DNA of 58,039 bases, filler included, from Sphacelaria rigidula (Eukaryota), in the NCBI GenBank assembly GCA_964200075.2. It is 3 parts of 3 records of this genome, joined end to end, with 100 filler letters (N's around TTAATTAATTAA, not from the genome) between each part and the next. Parts side by side here need not be neighbours in the genome. Positions count along the whole stretch, not along the records: positions 1 to 19,283 come from CAXNAA020000697.1; positions 19,384 to 38,663 come from CAXNAA020000698.1; 1 more part is not named here. One strand, given 5' to 3'. The position numbers and the translations under genes were made by a program. Each line of letters starts with the position of its first letter. The first letter of the stretch is position 1. The notes beneath the pieces were generated by a model. That model did not search any database. It saw nothing but the letters and a program-made list of their open reading frames with translations, and had not been told where the DNA came from. Of the stretch, positions 12,737 to 23,800 are shown one piece after another.

Positions 12737-14649
12737 TTAATAGGACAGCAGTCGTACTTTCAGACTTTTCTGCGCGGAGAAACCATGAACCGCAGAGCCG
12801 CTACCGTCTCTCCATATCACTCTTTTTTTTTTGGGGGGGGGGATGTTGGAGAGGAGTCTAAGCTATCGTTGGATACCAAAATGTCGGTTCAAGTCGAAAA
12901 ACTGCCGACAAACCAGCCATTGGCGTCAGGGGTGGCTTGAGGTGGGCCTAATACGGTACTTTCCCCTAGAGCTATACCGCTACTGTACTGTAAGCTATTA
13001 TACTACTGTGTTATTATTATACTGCTGTGCTTCGTCCGGCGAACGCGACTAATGAAATATACTGGTTATTAGAATAGTCCCCGCACCCGTCCGACGGGTG
13101 AACACACGAAGTCTTGAACGTTTGGGGATCTACGGTACGGTACTCACATCAAGGCAGGATATGCACGCGGATCCCAGTTTGGCTGATGATGAACAGTTCA
13201 TCTCACGACAAAAGAAATATACTTGTCAACTAGCTGGGGTACTGTATCCACAAATAAAGACACGGGGGCGGTGCAAATGTTGGGTTCAAAGGCCACTCAC
13301 TCGGCGATAGCTGAGCGAGACGACGGGGGTTGTGATGTTGACGTTGAAATATTCAAGTCGGTGCTCTCTCTGGGAATATAGGGTGTGCAATGTTTGGCTG
13401 GAAGGTCGCTCGTCCGGATATCGCCGACCTGTGACTGGGGTGTAGTATTGAGCTAGCGAATCGACGTGGGTGCATAATATACCCCGTACACGAGGTGGTG
13501 CAGTTTTGGATTCGAAGGTCGCTCGCCACGCTGTCACCAACCGTGAACCTTCCAACGTGTTTCGATCGGATTGGACATGTCGAAGCTAGTTGTGCACAGA
13601 GAGTGAAAGTTCAGGTCCGTAGGTGCATCGGTTTGCCCTGCCGCAGCCGACCTTGCGACGGGGATGCAGAGTTGGGTCAGCAAGTAGGGTGTCCACTGCA
13701 TCCTCGAGCACGGGGAATGCGATGATGCATTTGACATTCACTACACTGCTCATCATTATTCTCGGCGGTAGCGCATCAGTGTCAGTTTGTCAAAATCAAA
13801 CGCGATGCTATATAACCCAAACACAGGGGATGCGGGTGTTGGGCTCGAGGGCAATCGATCATCCGGCTACCGCCGACTTAGCGACGTCGGGTTGAGTGTT
13901 TGGTACACGGTACCGTTCTGTACTATGTGCAGCAGTCAGTCTACGAGCACAGCGAGAGCATTGCCAAGCGAATGGAGCGCATGCATGCTCGTCGCCGGCA
14001 ACACACGGCATTCATTCGATGAAGGCGCCGGCGCTCGCACAGAACGAGGCATGATGGGTGCATAGCGGAGCTCTGGACTACGTAGACTCTAATGATGGAT
14101 GGAGCAGCACCGCACCAAGTTTTGTGATGCCTGGTGTTTGGGTGCCTCCCATGTCCCTTCGCCGACAGTCACAATGTTCTGTGAGAGTACCAACCGGCGC
14201 CAGACCGTAAGTGTGATGCCAAGTCCCCCAGAGCGAGGTTTGCTCGTGATGTGTGAGCGTCTGTGGGGTTGTATGATCGCTTGTCAACTTGTGGTCTACT
14301 CGTATACTGCCCCTTGTAGAATGGCGTATAGGTGGTGAAGACGCAACTATATATATATATATATATATTCATGCAGACAGATGCGAGGCGCGACATCAGA
14401 TCTGTATTACGGAATCAGTTCAGGTAAACACTGTGACTGGCATAATGTTATATCGGCCTGTTGAATCTTGAAGGAGGCGACTGCATGATGAGAGACGTGC
14501 GCTGCAAGCACTTTGAGAGTTGTTCTACGGTAGGGGTGCGTCATTTTACTGGGCCGGCGTGTTGGAGCTGGATAAATACCATGGGTCGGACGAGTAAATG
14601 ATTCGTCTGGAAACTACTTGATTTTAGTGTAATTGAATCGTGCCGTACG

Positions 14650-14870
14650 AATCAATCCTTGGGCTTTGTTTTCAGCGTTGCGACCCAGGTACGCGCAGCC
14701 CAGGCACGCGGAATGGCGCAAACGTTGCGTGGGAACCTTTTTGACCATATGTCGACTTTTTTCTCTCTTTCGAGAAACCAGGCCTGAAAAATCGTGGAGT
14801 TGGTGATTCGAACCGGCGATGATTCGTCCGAACCGTGATAAATACCCTCACGCACTCGCCTTAGTGCAAT
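14650..14870 (-). mobile_element. Possible degenerate tRNA-derived SINE
   Basis: B-box GGTTCGAATC on the minus strand (14805-14814) followed by GATTTTT as in the other SINE heads. The A box is not convincing and the limits are approximate. Confidence 0.3.
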
Positions 14871-15179
14871 TCGGATGGTGTTGCGTCTGAACGTGGGGCG
14901 ATCCTCTCGCAGGTAAAATTACAAAATATGAAGATGTCATTGCTTCGTTTCACAACATGAAAATGTATGAGACAACTTTTGGCCAAAAAAATGCGTCCCT
15001 ACCGTAGTACGACTCTTGAGAAAAGACTGCAGAACATACGGTACCTTGGGTGCTGCATCGCTGAGCATTAACCGGCTAGCACTCGCACACATGAAACATG
15101 AGACTCTGCACGACAACATTCCCGGGAAAAATCACGTAAGGCCACAACAGCTGTTTCCCTCACTCCGCCCCTTGCCACT

Positions 15180-18100
15180 CTACTCCCCAGTCCTTTCCAC
15201 CGGGGGTGCTAAGAACTCATGGCTAGGCGCTCGCCCACCACCCGCCGAGCTGCCAGCAGTCCAACCACCACCACTCGCACTATCCCGCCTAGAGCTTAAT
15301 ATTGCCTTGCCCCCGGAAATATTTCGAGCTTGTGGGGCAACGGCCCCTACCGCTGCAGCTCCGCTCGAAGAACCTGAATGACTGCGGGCGCTGCTAGCGC
15401 CGCCATTACCGCGGGGAAGACCCATAGACCCCGGCGGAAACAGTTTTATGCTCGTGCTGCATTTGGGCATCGATGGGGCGACAAAGTCGCCTCCAGTAGC
15501 TCGACTCAACGATACTACCGACCCAGAAACGCCGCTGCTTCTGCTGCTATTATTTGTGGTGGTCATCGGTGTGCGCGCAGCACTGATGGAGTGGCGTAGC
15601 CTTTCCACGCTTACGTTGCAACCATAGCCATTGATGTTGCTGTTGCGGTGGGGGGGCCGTGGCGCGGTGATCATTTCCCGTAGGCCATCGAGCTGAGTGC
15701 GATAAGTGACCGCGGGGAAGGGAAAGGGGGTTGGTTAAGGGATGATTGAGCGGGATATATCATGGCGAATCCGACAAACCTGTGCAAACAGATAAACAAC
15801 ATCCTCAGGGTAAATGGAACTTTGGTCCAACTCAACGCATGTGAGCTGTGCCGGACGATATTTTCTTCCAGCAGTCACTTCTCTTTTGTTGCAAAGTCGC
15901 GGTGTTATTACCACATGGGTGAACTAAAGAGATACCGAGACAATACTACGTGCTTTATCTACTCATCAGAGGAAATGGTGATTGACGTGTGTGTTCGCCT
16001 TCTACGTGATGTGGGACACAAAAATTCTGTTTCAACAGCAAATGCGCCTTTGCGCTCAATTTCGACACTCTACGAGAACGGTCGAAGTCATTACACGCCG
16101 TCAAAGACAAGAACCCAGCATCGATCCCTTTTACACGCGTACTAGTGAGTAGGCCACCTCCTCTTTCAGGTGGCTATTCTCCGTCTTCGCCTCGACGTAC
16201 TTGCTGAACTGGGACCGATTGTTGTTCTGCCACGCGCGTTACAAGCAATAAAAACACACCACAACAACAGAGACAGGTATGGCCGAAACCACAAGCAGGA
16301 ACAACAGTAGAACTTTAGTAATGAAAAAAAGGCCATATCTAGACGGGCTTACCCGCTTTTCCGCGGTACTAATTTCCGGATCTCTACTGCTCGAAGGCTG
16401 GCTTGTATCAGCCGTATGAACCGCCGACGGTGAGTCGGGGATGTGGCACGCCGCAAGTGACATCAATCAGGCTCGTTGGGGGCTAACCATACAAACCACC
16501 ACGAGCAACACCCTTCAAGACCGAACTACAGGGAGAGGGGAGGGCCCCGAAGCAGAAGAACGGAGGGGTGTCACCGTAAAACAAGCATGAACGGCGTCAA
16601 TAAAACGGAGAAAGAGAGTTCCCGTGAGAACACAATTCATTGCGGTTCTTCCGCAGGAGAACCTGAACGACGTAGATCACCACTCGATGGAGAAACAAAG
16701 ACCGTTGTACTGCCCAGCGTGTGATCACGTCCCGCAATCTGTGTAGAGTGTAAAAAATACGAAATAAACTACCTCTTCGTGAGTGAGTGAATGGAAGCCC
16801 GCCTTCTCGACGTCCGAAAAATCACCGTCGGTCATGGAGGTGGTGTGGCATTTCTCCGACAGCGATTGAATACCATCGGTTATATCTTCTTGTGCATACT
16901 AGTCCGTTCTGTGTGTGCATGCCTTTGAAAAAATCACCCTCAATTCATACGTCCGACGTTTGTATATATATATATATCTGTGTGCGGACATATATTACAT
17001 TAGTCAGCTTACAATTAGAGCATTAAATACCAGGCATTATTGTGTGTCCCTCAGATGGTTACCATGTGCGCTTTCAGGGCCAAGATTTCGCGTGACAAGG
17101 CGTCCACTCTGTCCAAGAGGTGTTGTCGCTCGAGAGCGTAGCTTGCCAGACTCTCGTAATGCTTGTCCTGCCATGTATCATGCGCGTGCGGGCAGTTAAA
17201 GGCTCAACCTGTCAGGAAATATAGTGAAGAATGCGTTAAGGCAGGGTGAAAAGCGATCTTCAAAGCCACTCCCGACGAACGAACGCGGCAGTTACCGTAT
17301 GTATGCAGCTGTGTACGTTGCATCCAGGTTATAGGAGGGTCATATGTCGGCACGTCACCGACATGCAGTAGAGTAGGGAAAACAGGGTAGCATAAGTCAA
17401 ACAAGGTAAAACCACGGCACTGGCAGGCTTAGTTTCAATTATGATGCTTAGCAGATACAGTCCGAGTGACCTTGCTTGGTCCTTCACCGGAAGAACTCTA
17501 GGAACCCTTGAGACAGTAGACGCTTAGCATTGCCTTATTGCTGCGTGTGTACGTCCTCGACGCACTACCGAAGTCGACCACTCTTTTCCGGGCTCACCGT
17601 TTCCTCCTGTAACCGCCGCTTCCCTTCTTCCCGAGATTGTTGTGATCGTCTCCGCTCACCAGCTATCTTATTCTCAGCCATTTCCGCACGTACCGTCAGC
17701 TTGTCTATCTTGCCCTGTAACTCCTGCCATAACGTCACGCGCATGAAAGGAAAGTGAAAGTGAGGTTGGGAGAGGGGGGGGGCAAAAGTAAACGCGTTTG
17801 TATCTTCCAGCGGTCACCATGTGTGTGGAGAGAAATGTGGACACTGGCTGAACCTAAATCGAAAACTTAGCACATAAAATCAGTCCAGAGTGACTATTGA
17901 AGAGACCATACGATTGGGCGGAGAATGACGAGGAGAGGTCGGTGATTCATGAGGTACCCTTCCCTGTCTCTCAGGGGAACAAAAGAACCGGCGGGGGGAA
18001 ACGAGATCCGTTCGGAAAGGAACGGTGGGGTGGAGACTGACGAGTGGACTACTTTTCATTATTCCGGTCATAATGTGGAGCTATCCATTGCAGTCTCGAT

Positions 18101-18855
18101 ATATGTCGCCGGCGACGGGGACCACTGATGACGGAGGGTCAATTTCTGGGTGGGTGCTGCTCTCTACGTGTTTTCCCTTCAAATAAAAAACGTCTGTTCG
18201 AAATTGAAACACCGCAAAAGACGCGGACGAGCTGGGCATGGCACGTGCTTCAAGACGCCGCCGGGGTAGTATGTCAGCGGGGCGTGTGGTGTGCCAGGTT
18301 GGCACTGTTGTCCGGATTTGGCGACCACGACTGGATGAATACGAATTGTTCGATCGACACGGTAGGTTTTCTAAATGGCCAATTGATCAGATGTCACAAC
18401 AAACACGAGGGTGAAGCAGCGTATGGCTGGATGTTACTTGCGCCAGTGCCTGTTGCAACATAGATCCCAGCACAATTTTATGGACGTATTCTGAGTGTAG
18501 TTCTTCCAGTGACCATGACAATCGCTGTTGCGACACCGTCATCCGAATCGAAGCATTTCAGCCGCAATCATACATGAGGCCACAACATCAACACCTTCTG
18601 TGCTCGGGAGGCACGACAACTAACCTGTTGGGCACTTGTCTTTTCAGCCAATTCCTTCCTCGCACTTTCACCTCCTCTCAGCGCTTGTCCCAATCGGCTG
18701 TCCAGAGTTTTGCTGGCGTTTTCCGCAGTTTCTAGTTTTGTTTGCAGCTTCCGCGCTGCATTCTCGAGATCGGCTACGCGAGTCTCGTTCCCGTCTATAG
18801 AGGATCGTAAAGCAGATTCCGCCGCCTCCATCGAGGCTACCCTTTCTTCTTTTTC
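15180..18855 (-). CDS. Coiled-coil protein with low-complexity G/S-rich C-terminus, 3' part only (5' end in or beyond the gap at 19284)
   Basis: All phase-0 GT-AG exons: 18855-18625 (EKEERVASMEAAESALRSSIDG...), 17723-17598 (ELQGKIDKLTVRAEMAENK...), 17167-17063 (DKHYESLASYALERQHLLDRVDALSREILALKAHM), 16898-16773, possibly 16397-16353, 16226-16158 (NNNRSQFSKYVEAKTENSHLKEE) and 15692-15180 (stop TAG). Heptad-like E/K/L/R composition. Confidence 0.75.
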
Positions 18856-19156
18856 CTGCCGGTTTATGTGGCAAGAGCAATATCAACCAAAGAGGGGGCA
18901 CAGGGGGGGGAGGAAACAGCAAGTGAATCCCCCCTGGTGGCATCGCGAACGCTTGTATCATGTACTTGAGTCATGCAGATAATGTAATATTCCACTTTGG
19001 ACCTGGATATATATGTAGTTCAAAAAGTGCTGCTGCACCTTGAATCCAAACGTTTGAGGCGAGGAGGGGTTTCTGTAGTATGATGCATCGGTCGCATACA
19101 TTCCCGGTTGTGCGCTCACATATTTTTCTTTCTGCCCCCCGCCCCCCCCCAGTATT

Positions 19157-19283
19157 GACACCCATGAGGCAGTGCAAAAGCCATAGCTGTCTCTGGAAGT
19201 GGCGATACCACATAATAAAGCAACTTATTGTAGGCTGTCATCCAAATGCAAGATAACCAGTAGGCTTCGGGCCGAACAATCTT
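19157..19283 (+). repeat. Dispersed repeat, copy 1 (truncated by the assembly gap)
   Basis: Aligns by eye with 28436-28562 (GACACCCAT...CTGGAAGTGGC...AAGCAACT...GGCTG.CATCCAAATG...GCTTCGGGCCGAACAATCTT). Confidence 0.85.
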
Positions 19284-19383
19284 NNNNNNNNNNNNNNNNN
19301 NNNNNNNNNNNNNNNNNNNNNNNNNNNTTAATTAATTAANNNNNNNNNNNNNNNNNNNNNNNNNNNNNNNNNNNNNNNNNNNN
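19284..19383. other. Assembly gap with artificial six-frame stop linker
   Basis: 44 N + TTAATTAATTAA (19328-19339) + 44 N; identical construct at 38664-38763. Confidence 0.97.
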
Positions 19384-19486
19384 CTTTGCCACAGAGGCAA
19401 TTCTGTCGATCGACTTCTTTCTCCTTTCGACGACTGTTATACATTTTCCTTCTTTCTGGCAGGTCCAAGTCCCCAACCTGAAACTA
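19384..19486 (-). mobile_element. Fragment of a non-LTR retrotransposon ORF (C-terminal region)
   Basis: The minus strand reads FQVGDLDLPERRKMYNSRRKEKEVDRQNCLCGK, which I recall as part of an abundant brown-algal LINE ORF that ends in the peptide seen at 28755-28862. Recollection only, not searched. Confidence 0.5.
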
Positions 19487-19488
19487 TA

Positions 19489-20401
19489 CGGTGAGGGGCT
19501 CTCAGTAGTGCCGGTATGTGCCCACCACGGACACCGGCACTACTCTGAAAAGTGCCAAAACAGGTGCAATTGAGGGCTCTGAATACTTCAGTAGTGCCGG
19601 TTCTGGCACTACTGACGACCGTCCGTTCGTGCAGTGCTACGCTTGCCCTTTGTGGGACCAACGGACGCACAAAACGGACGAGGACCTTTGTTCCAAGGGG
19701 TTTCGGTAGGATACGTCACGTAAGGTTTCGGGGTAGCAGAACTAAATCCGATGTTTTTTAGTTTTTGACATTCAACTTGATTAATCGTGTTCACAGGTTG
19801 ATCATTTCCTTCCCGGCTAGCACAACAGCAGCAGTACGGCCACAAAAGTTGCTCATGCCGAAAGACCTTCCCCACAAGAGAAACAAGGACACATCTGCAC
19901 CCAACGCAGCTATGAAGGTGCGACATCTGCTGTGGAAAAAAACTCACGAAAGAGTACACCGCCCACCAAGAGGAGTGAGCGAAAAAGAATGAACTAGACC
20001 CCTTTTCACCTACTACCGGCTACCGAGACAAGGAGAGAGAGAAACAAACGATCTCGAGAAAAAAACACACCGATGCAGAAAACGAATCATATACCTCCCG
20101 TGGCTGTGCTCGGGCGTAGATGCTACGGGCTACCCGATAGAAAACATCAGTAAAGCAACCACCAGCACGTACCCTGCTGTACCCCTACTGGTGCTTGGTT
20201 GGTGGGGGGTAAGGCGTGCGTGAGTGTGTCCGGAACCGGCACTGTTGAGGGTACAAAACCGTTCAAACAGGCACTACTGAGGGTAATCTGCCAGTAGTGC
20301 CGGGCGGCACCACTGCGAGCTCTGGCTGTGCCCGGAGATTTTACCGGCATTATATAGGTCGTTGGCACTATTCAACCTGCACTACTGAGAGCCCCCCACT
20401 G
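19489..20401. mobile_element. 913-bp non-autonomous Tc1/mariner (pogo/Tigger-like) DNA transposon
   Basis: TA TSD (19487-19488, 20402-20403). TIR CGGTGAGGGGCTCTCAGTAGTGCCGG vs reverse complement of the right end CAGTGGGGGGCTCTCAGTAGTGCAGG (26 bp, 3 mismatches). Many subterminal CAGTAGTGCC copies in both orientations; no transposase ORF. Confidence 0.88.
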
Positions 20402-20439
20402 TATTTGAAATTACAATGCAAATGTACTCTCCGGCCGTG

Positions 20440-20640
20440 CGTGATGTGTGGCCTCGCTCATCCTCAGAATTTCAAATAACCATTCCGCAGTCTGTAAAAT
20501 CTCGTGTTAACATGGAACACGTTCCACCTTCGTTCATTCCCGTTCAAAACCATGTTTGGATGTTTTCATAATCGCGTACACACGACAACTCGCAAATTGC
20601 GGATGACTCGGTTCTAGGATGAGCGAGGCCACACATCATG
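20440..20640. mobile_element. ~200-bp MITE-like inverted repeat
   Basis: Perfect 23-bp inverted repeat TGATGTGTGGCCTCGCTCATCCT (20442-20464) / AGGATGAGCGAGGCCACACATCA (20616-20638); no TSD recognisable. Confidence 0.65.
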
Positions 20641-20855
20641 AACGGATAGTGCTTTTGTCCTTTGTTTTCGAGAGTACTTCAATGCTCATGAAGGTTCCCA
20701 AGGTTCATGGTCAAGGACAAAAAGAATCCTCAATATGTAAAATTTCGTCTTCATTGCCAAACATGACCAGAATTTGGGGCATTCCTTTCGACAAGTGTTT
20801 GGGAACGTGGAGCATAGCACTTCGCGAGAATGCTGATGGTTATCATCCGGCTCAC

Positions 20856-23800
20856 CTGCCCTGGAGAACATTTGCTCCGTGGGCCATTCTCCTTCTTCGA
20901 GTTCGTCGAGGGTACCGACGCCGTACAAGAAGCCTACCACGATGCATAGGAATAAAGACAGTGTTTCCACAACAAGGCCGCTTACAACCATTTCCCAGTC
21001 CCTGAACCAGGCAGCAGAACAAGGTAACAGGGAATTATGGGGGGATTACCATCACGTGGGAATTCGTCTTTGATTATGCATGGCGCGCAACATCTTCCAT
21101 GGGGGATTCTATCTGGGGGAAAACCGGCGACAAGAATCTGCCAATCGTTTCGCCGTCGCTCACCACCCGTGGTCCCTCTGGACCAATACGGTATAGTCAC
21201 GTCGGATGTTGAGCTATGCAAAAAGTGAATAATTCAAATGCGGCACCGCTTCCCTCCTCCATTTATTATTCAAGTACAGGAAAGCATATGCCGTCATGAG
21301 GTTTTGACCCGCTATACGATACATGGTATTCCTCGTCACGCCTGCATCCAGCAGCGATGCTCCCCTCACGTAAGGTTCCCCCACTGTCACTCACCTCGTG
21401 GCCGTGCCGAATGTGAACGCCATAATCGGGCCCATCTGTGCACACAAGACAACACACATACGCGTTTTACGCCGCACAAAACATGAAAGTGTTGTAATAT
21501 GTTGTGTATAGTTATGGTGGTGTTGGCGACGGTGGTGATGGCGGTGGTACGGCAGTGTAGTGTATTCTCGGAATGCGGTAGGGGTCCCACCATAGCGTTA
21601 GGCTTTAGTTCCGTATTCGCGCACAAAGTTTAGCTTAATTTCGTTTTTTTTAGCTTAAAAAGGCCCGTTTAGCGCAAAGCTTATAATCGGCTTAATACGC
21701 TTGAGACGAGCTTAACTTGCTTAAAACGCGCATAAACGCGCATAAAGTTGCGATATTTTTTGCTCGCAAGTGCTCCATGTGGCGTAACTCGTCACCAGAC
21801 ATGCCGACAGGCGTCAGGCTTCAGGCTCAAACACTCAATACTTCAAATTTCTATGGTAATGTTTCGTGTTCCTATTTTGTTGCGGGTCTGATGAGCAGAC
21901 TGCTCCAGTTTATATTTAATTTGAATACACACGGTCCTATGCTGCTTTCAAAAATATGACAATATACTAAATAAATAGTACACTTGTACTTTGTACAGCA
22001 GACGCCAGTAGTAACAGCAACACCAACAGAGAAAAGTGATATCGAGTGAAGGCAACGTTTGTAACTCACGAGGTCATAGCGGGCCTACTGTCCAAGGAGG
22101 AGGACGTTTTGGTCGCGGCCTCAGGCGCGTACTCGGAGTATGGTTTGCTGCCGTTTTGAGACGACAAACAAGAACAGGCTTCCCAGTTGGTATCTCGTGG
22201 CGATGGATATTGTACTTATCCAGCCATCATCCGCGTCTATGGAGCGAGTGTTTCGATTTTGAGGGGGTCTTTGAACTCCCGGCAGGAGAAGGCGTTAGGT
22301 GACCGGATCGAATCCGCACTTATGATGAAGTACAACCGATACCGGTAGTTCGACAAGATTTTCAATTTCGACTGACGGCAGATGATGCGGGGGGTGGTGG
22401 TGGTAGCTTGAAGCTTGTAGCTTACCGAGCGAGAGGTCAAAGGCTGCAATGCCCTGTGTCTAGAGGCTACAATGCCGTACTGCTTCATCGAGTATCGTGA
22501 GTGCAGTGGCGTTTGTTGTTTCCCCACGTGGGTTAGGGTGTAGGTGTGCAGGTTGTGGTCTCCGAACTCCATAACTGAAGAAAATCTTCTTTTTTTAGTT
22601 ATAAATAATCAACAAAACCTCGAATGCCCAACTTGTCGTCTTGTCCTCATGCTGGGAGGCGCGCCTCGTGAGAGGATACTGCCGCAACGCCGCAACAAGG
22701 ACGCGAATAAGGCGCATAAAGCGCGCCTAATTTGCGCTAAAAGGGCTTAAAACGGGCCTTTAAAAAAAAAAAAATTACAAGAAAAAAAAACGGAGCTTAA
22801 TCTCAAGAAAAAAACGCGCGTTCGGCACTAAAGCCTACATAGCGTGGTGGGTGACACGCCCGGCATGGCCACACTGTGGTGGGACCCCGCGATATACCAG
22901 CATACTGTAGTACAACTAATCTAAAGAAACATAACTCATCCCATTTATAGCAAAAACATTTGCCGCGATGGGTGTTGATTCATGGATTGTTTGTTTCACA
23001 TTGACTGATTCGCCACAAATCCAGCTTTGGTTACCAGATAAACGCGTCCGCAAGGTCACTAAGCGGAAAGACTCGCTCAAGGAAAATTGAGATACGGCCC
23101 AGGCAAGAAAGAGGATCGTGAGCCAATAGGGGCGCCTAGGGGCGTCCCGAGATAACCTCGAATGGACCCTCATCAAGGCTCCAGAGACGACGCCGTACGA
23201 AGAAAAGTAAGGCCGTGGGAGCACGTTATGCCGCAGCTACATGTGGCCCGCGCGATGCGAACTCGCTGCCCGCAACCGCGGAGGCAATAGGAAGCCCAGG
23301 GGAAGAAGAAATAATACGCCAAGAAGAAAAAAAATCACGTCGAACTGTGGGCAGGAGGTGAACGAATTATGTCCCACGAGGATAGAACGTTTTGATTTCA
23401 GAGGCACTTCGAACACTCACTACGCGTCCTTTCTCACTATAGTTTCGACTCGGAGCACAACCAGCGCGCGCTTGTGTTAGGTTGAAATCCAAAGGTTCGG
23501 GTCAAACAGTTAGGTGAATTAACACATCTAACGACGCAAGGTGCAAAACTGCACTCGGTCGAAAATGGCTTCCCAGGGGACTTCCAGCCCACTCTTCGAG
23601 ACCCCCAAACCAACGGGACTGTCCCACACGACAGAGAGCGAAGGGAGTAGTTCGTCTACGGTATGAGGTGGGAGGCTAACGAATCACAAAACTCGCTGAC
23701 GGCCGAGATGGACGTGTGCAAATAGCATCTGGGGGGTGAGACAGGAGCGGAAGCGTTCGGGGAGGCGTGGCGATGTGAAAACCTCTGTCAACCCAAGCTG

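Noticed and set aside
13534..13737. SNASSH...SFDMSNPIETRW resembling the Tc1/IS630 DNA..H / SPDLNPIE..W motifs
   Set aside because: The first Asp is absent, the spacing is about 57 rather than about 34 residues, and no TIRs were found.
19328..19339. Palindromic TTAATTAATTAA, repeated at 38708-38719
   Set aside because: Centred in identical N runs; it is a synthetic scaffolding linker with stops in all frames, not biology.
19503..20390. CRISPR-like recurring CAGTAGTGCC motif
   Set aside because: The repeats are 10-12 bp, in both orientations, irregularly spaced and inside transposon TIRs in a eukaryotic intron; no cas genes.
21888..21915. CTGATGA hammerhead-like core (other CTGATGA sites such as 11270, 15963 and 32752 were also inspected)
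   Set aside because: None is followed by a stem II and GAAA core, so no ribozyme is supported.
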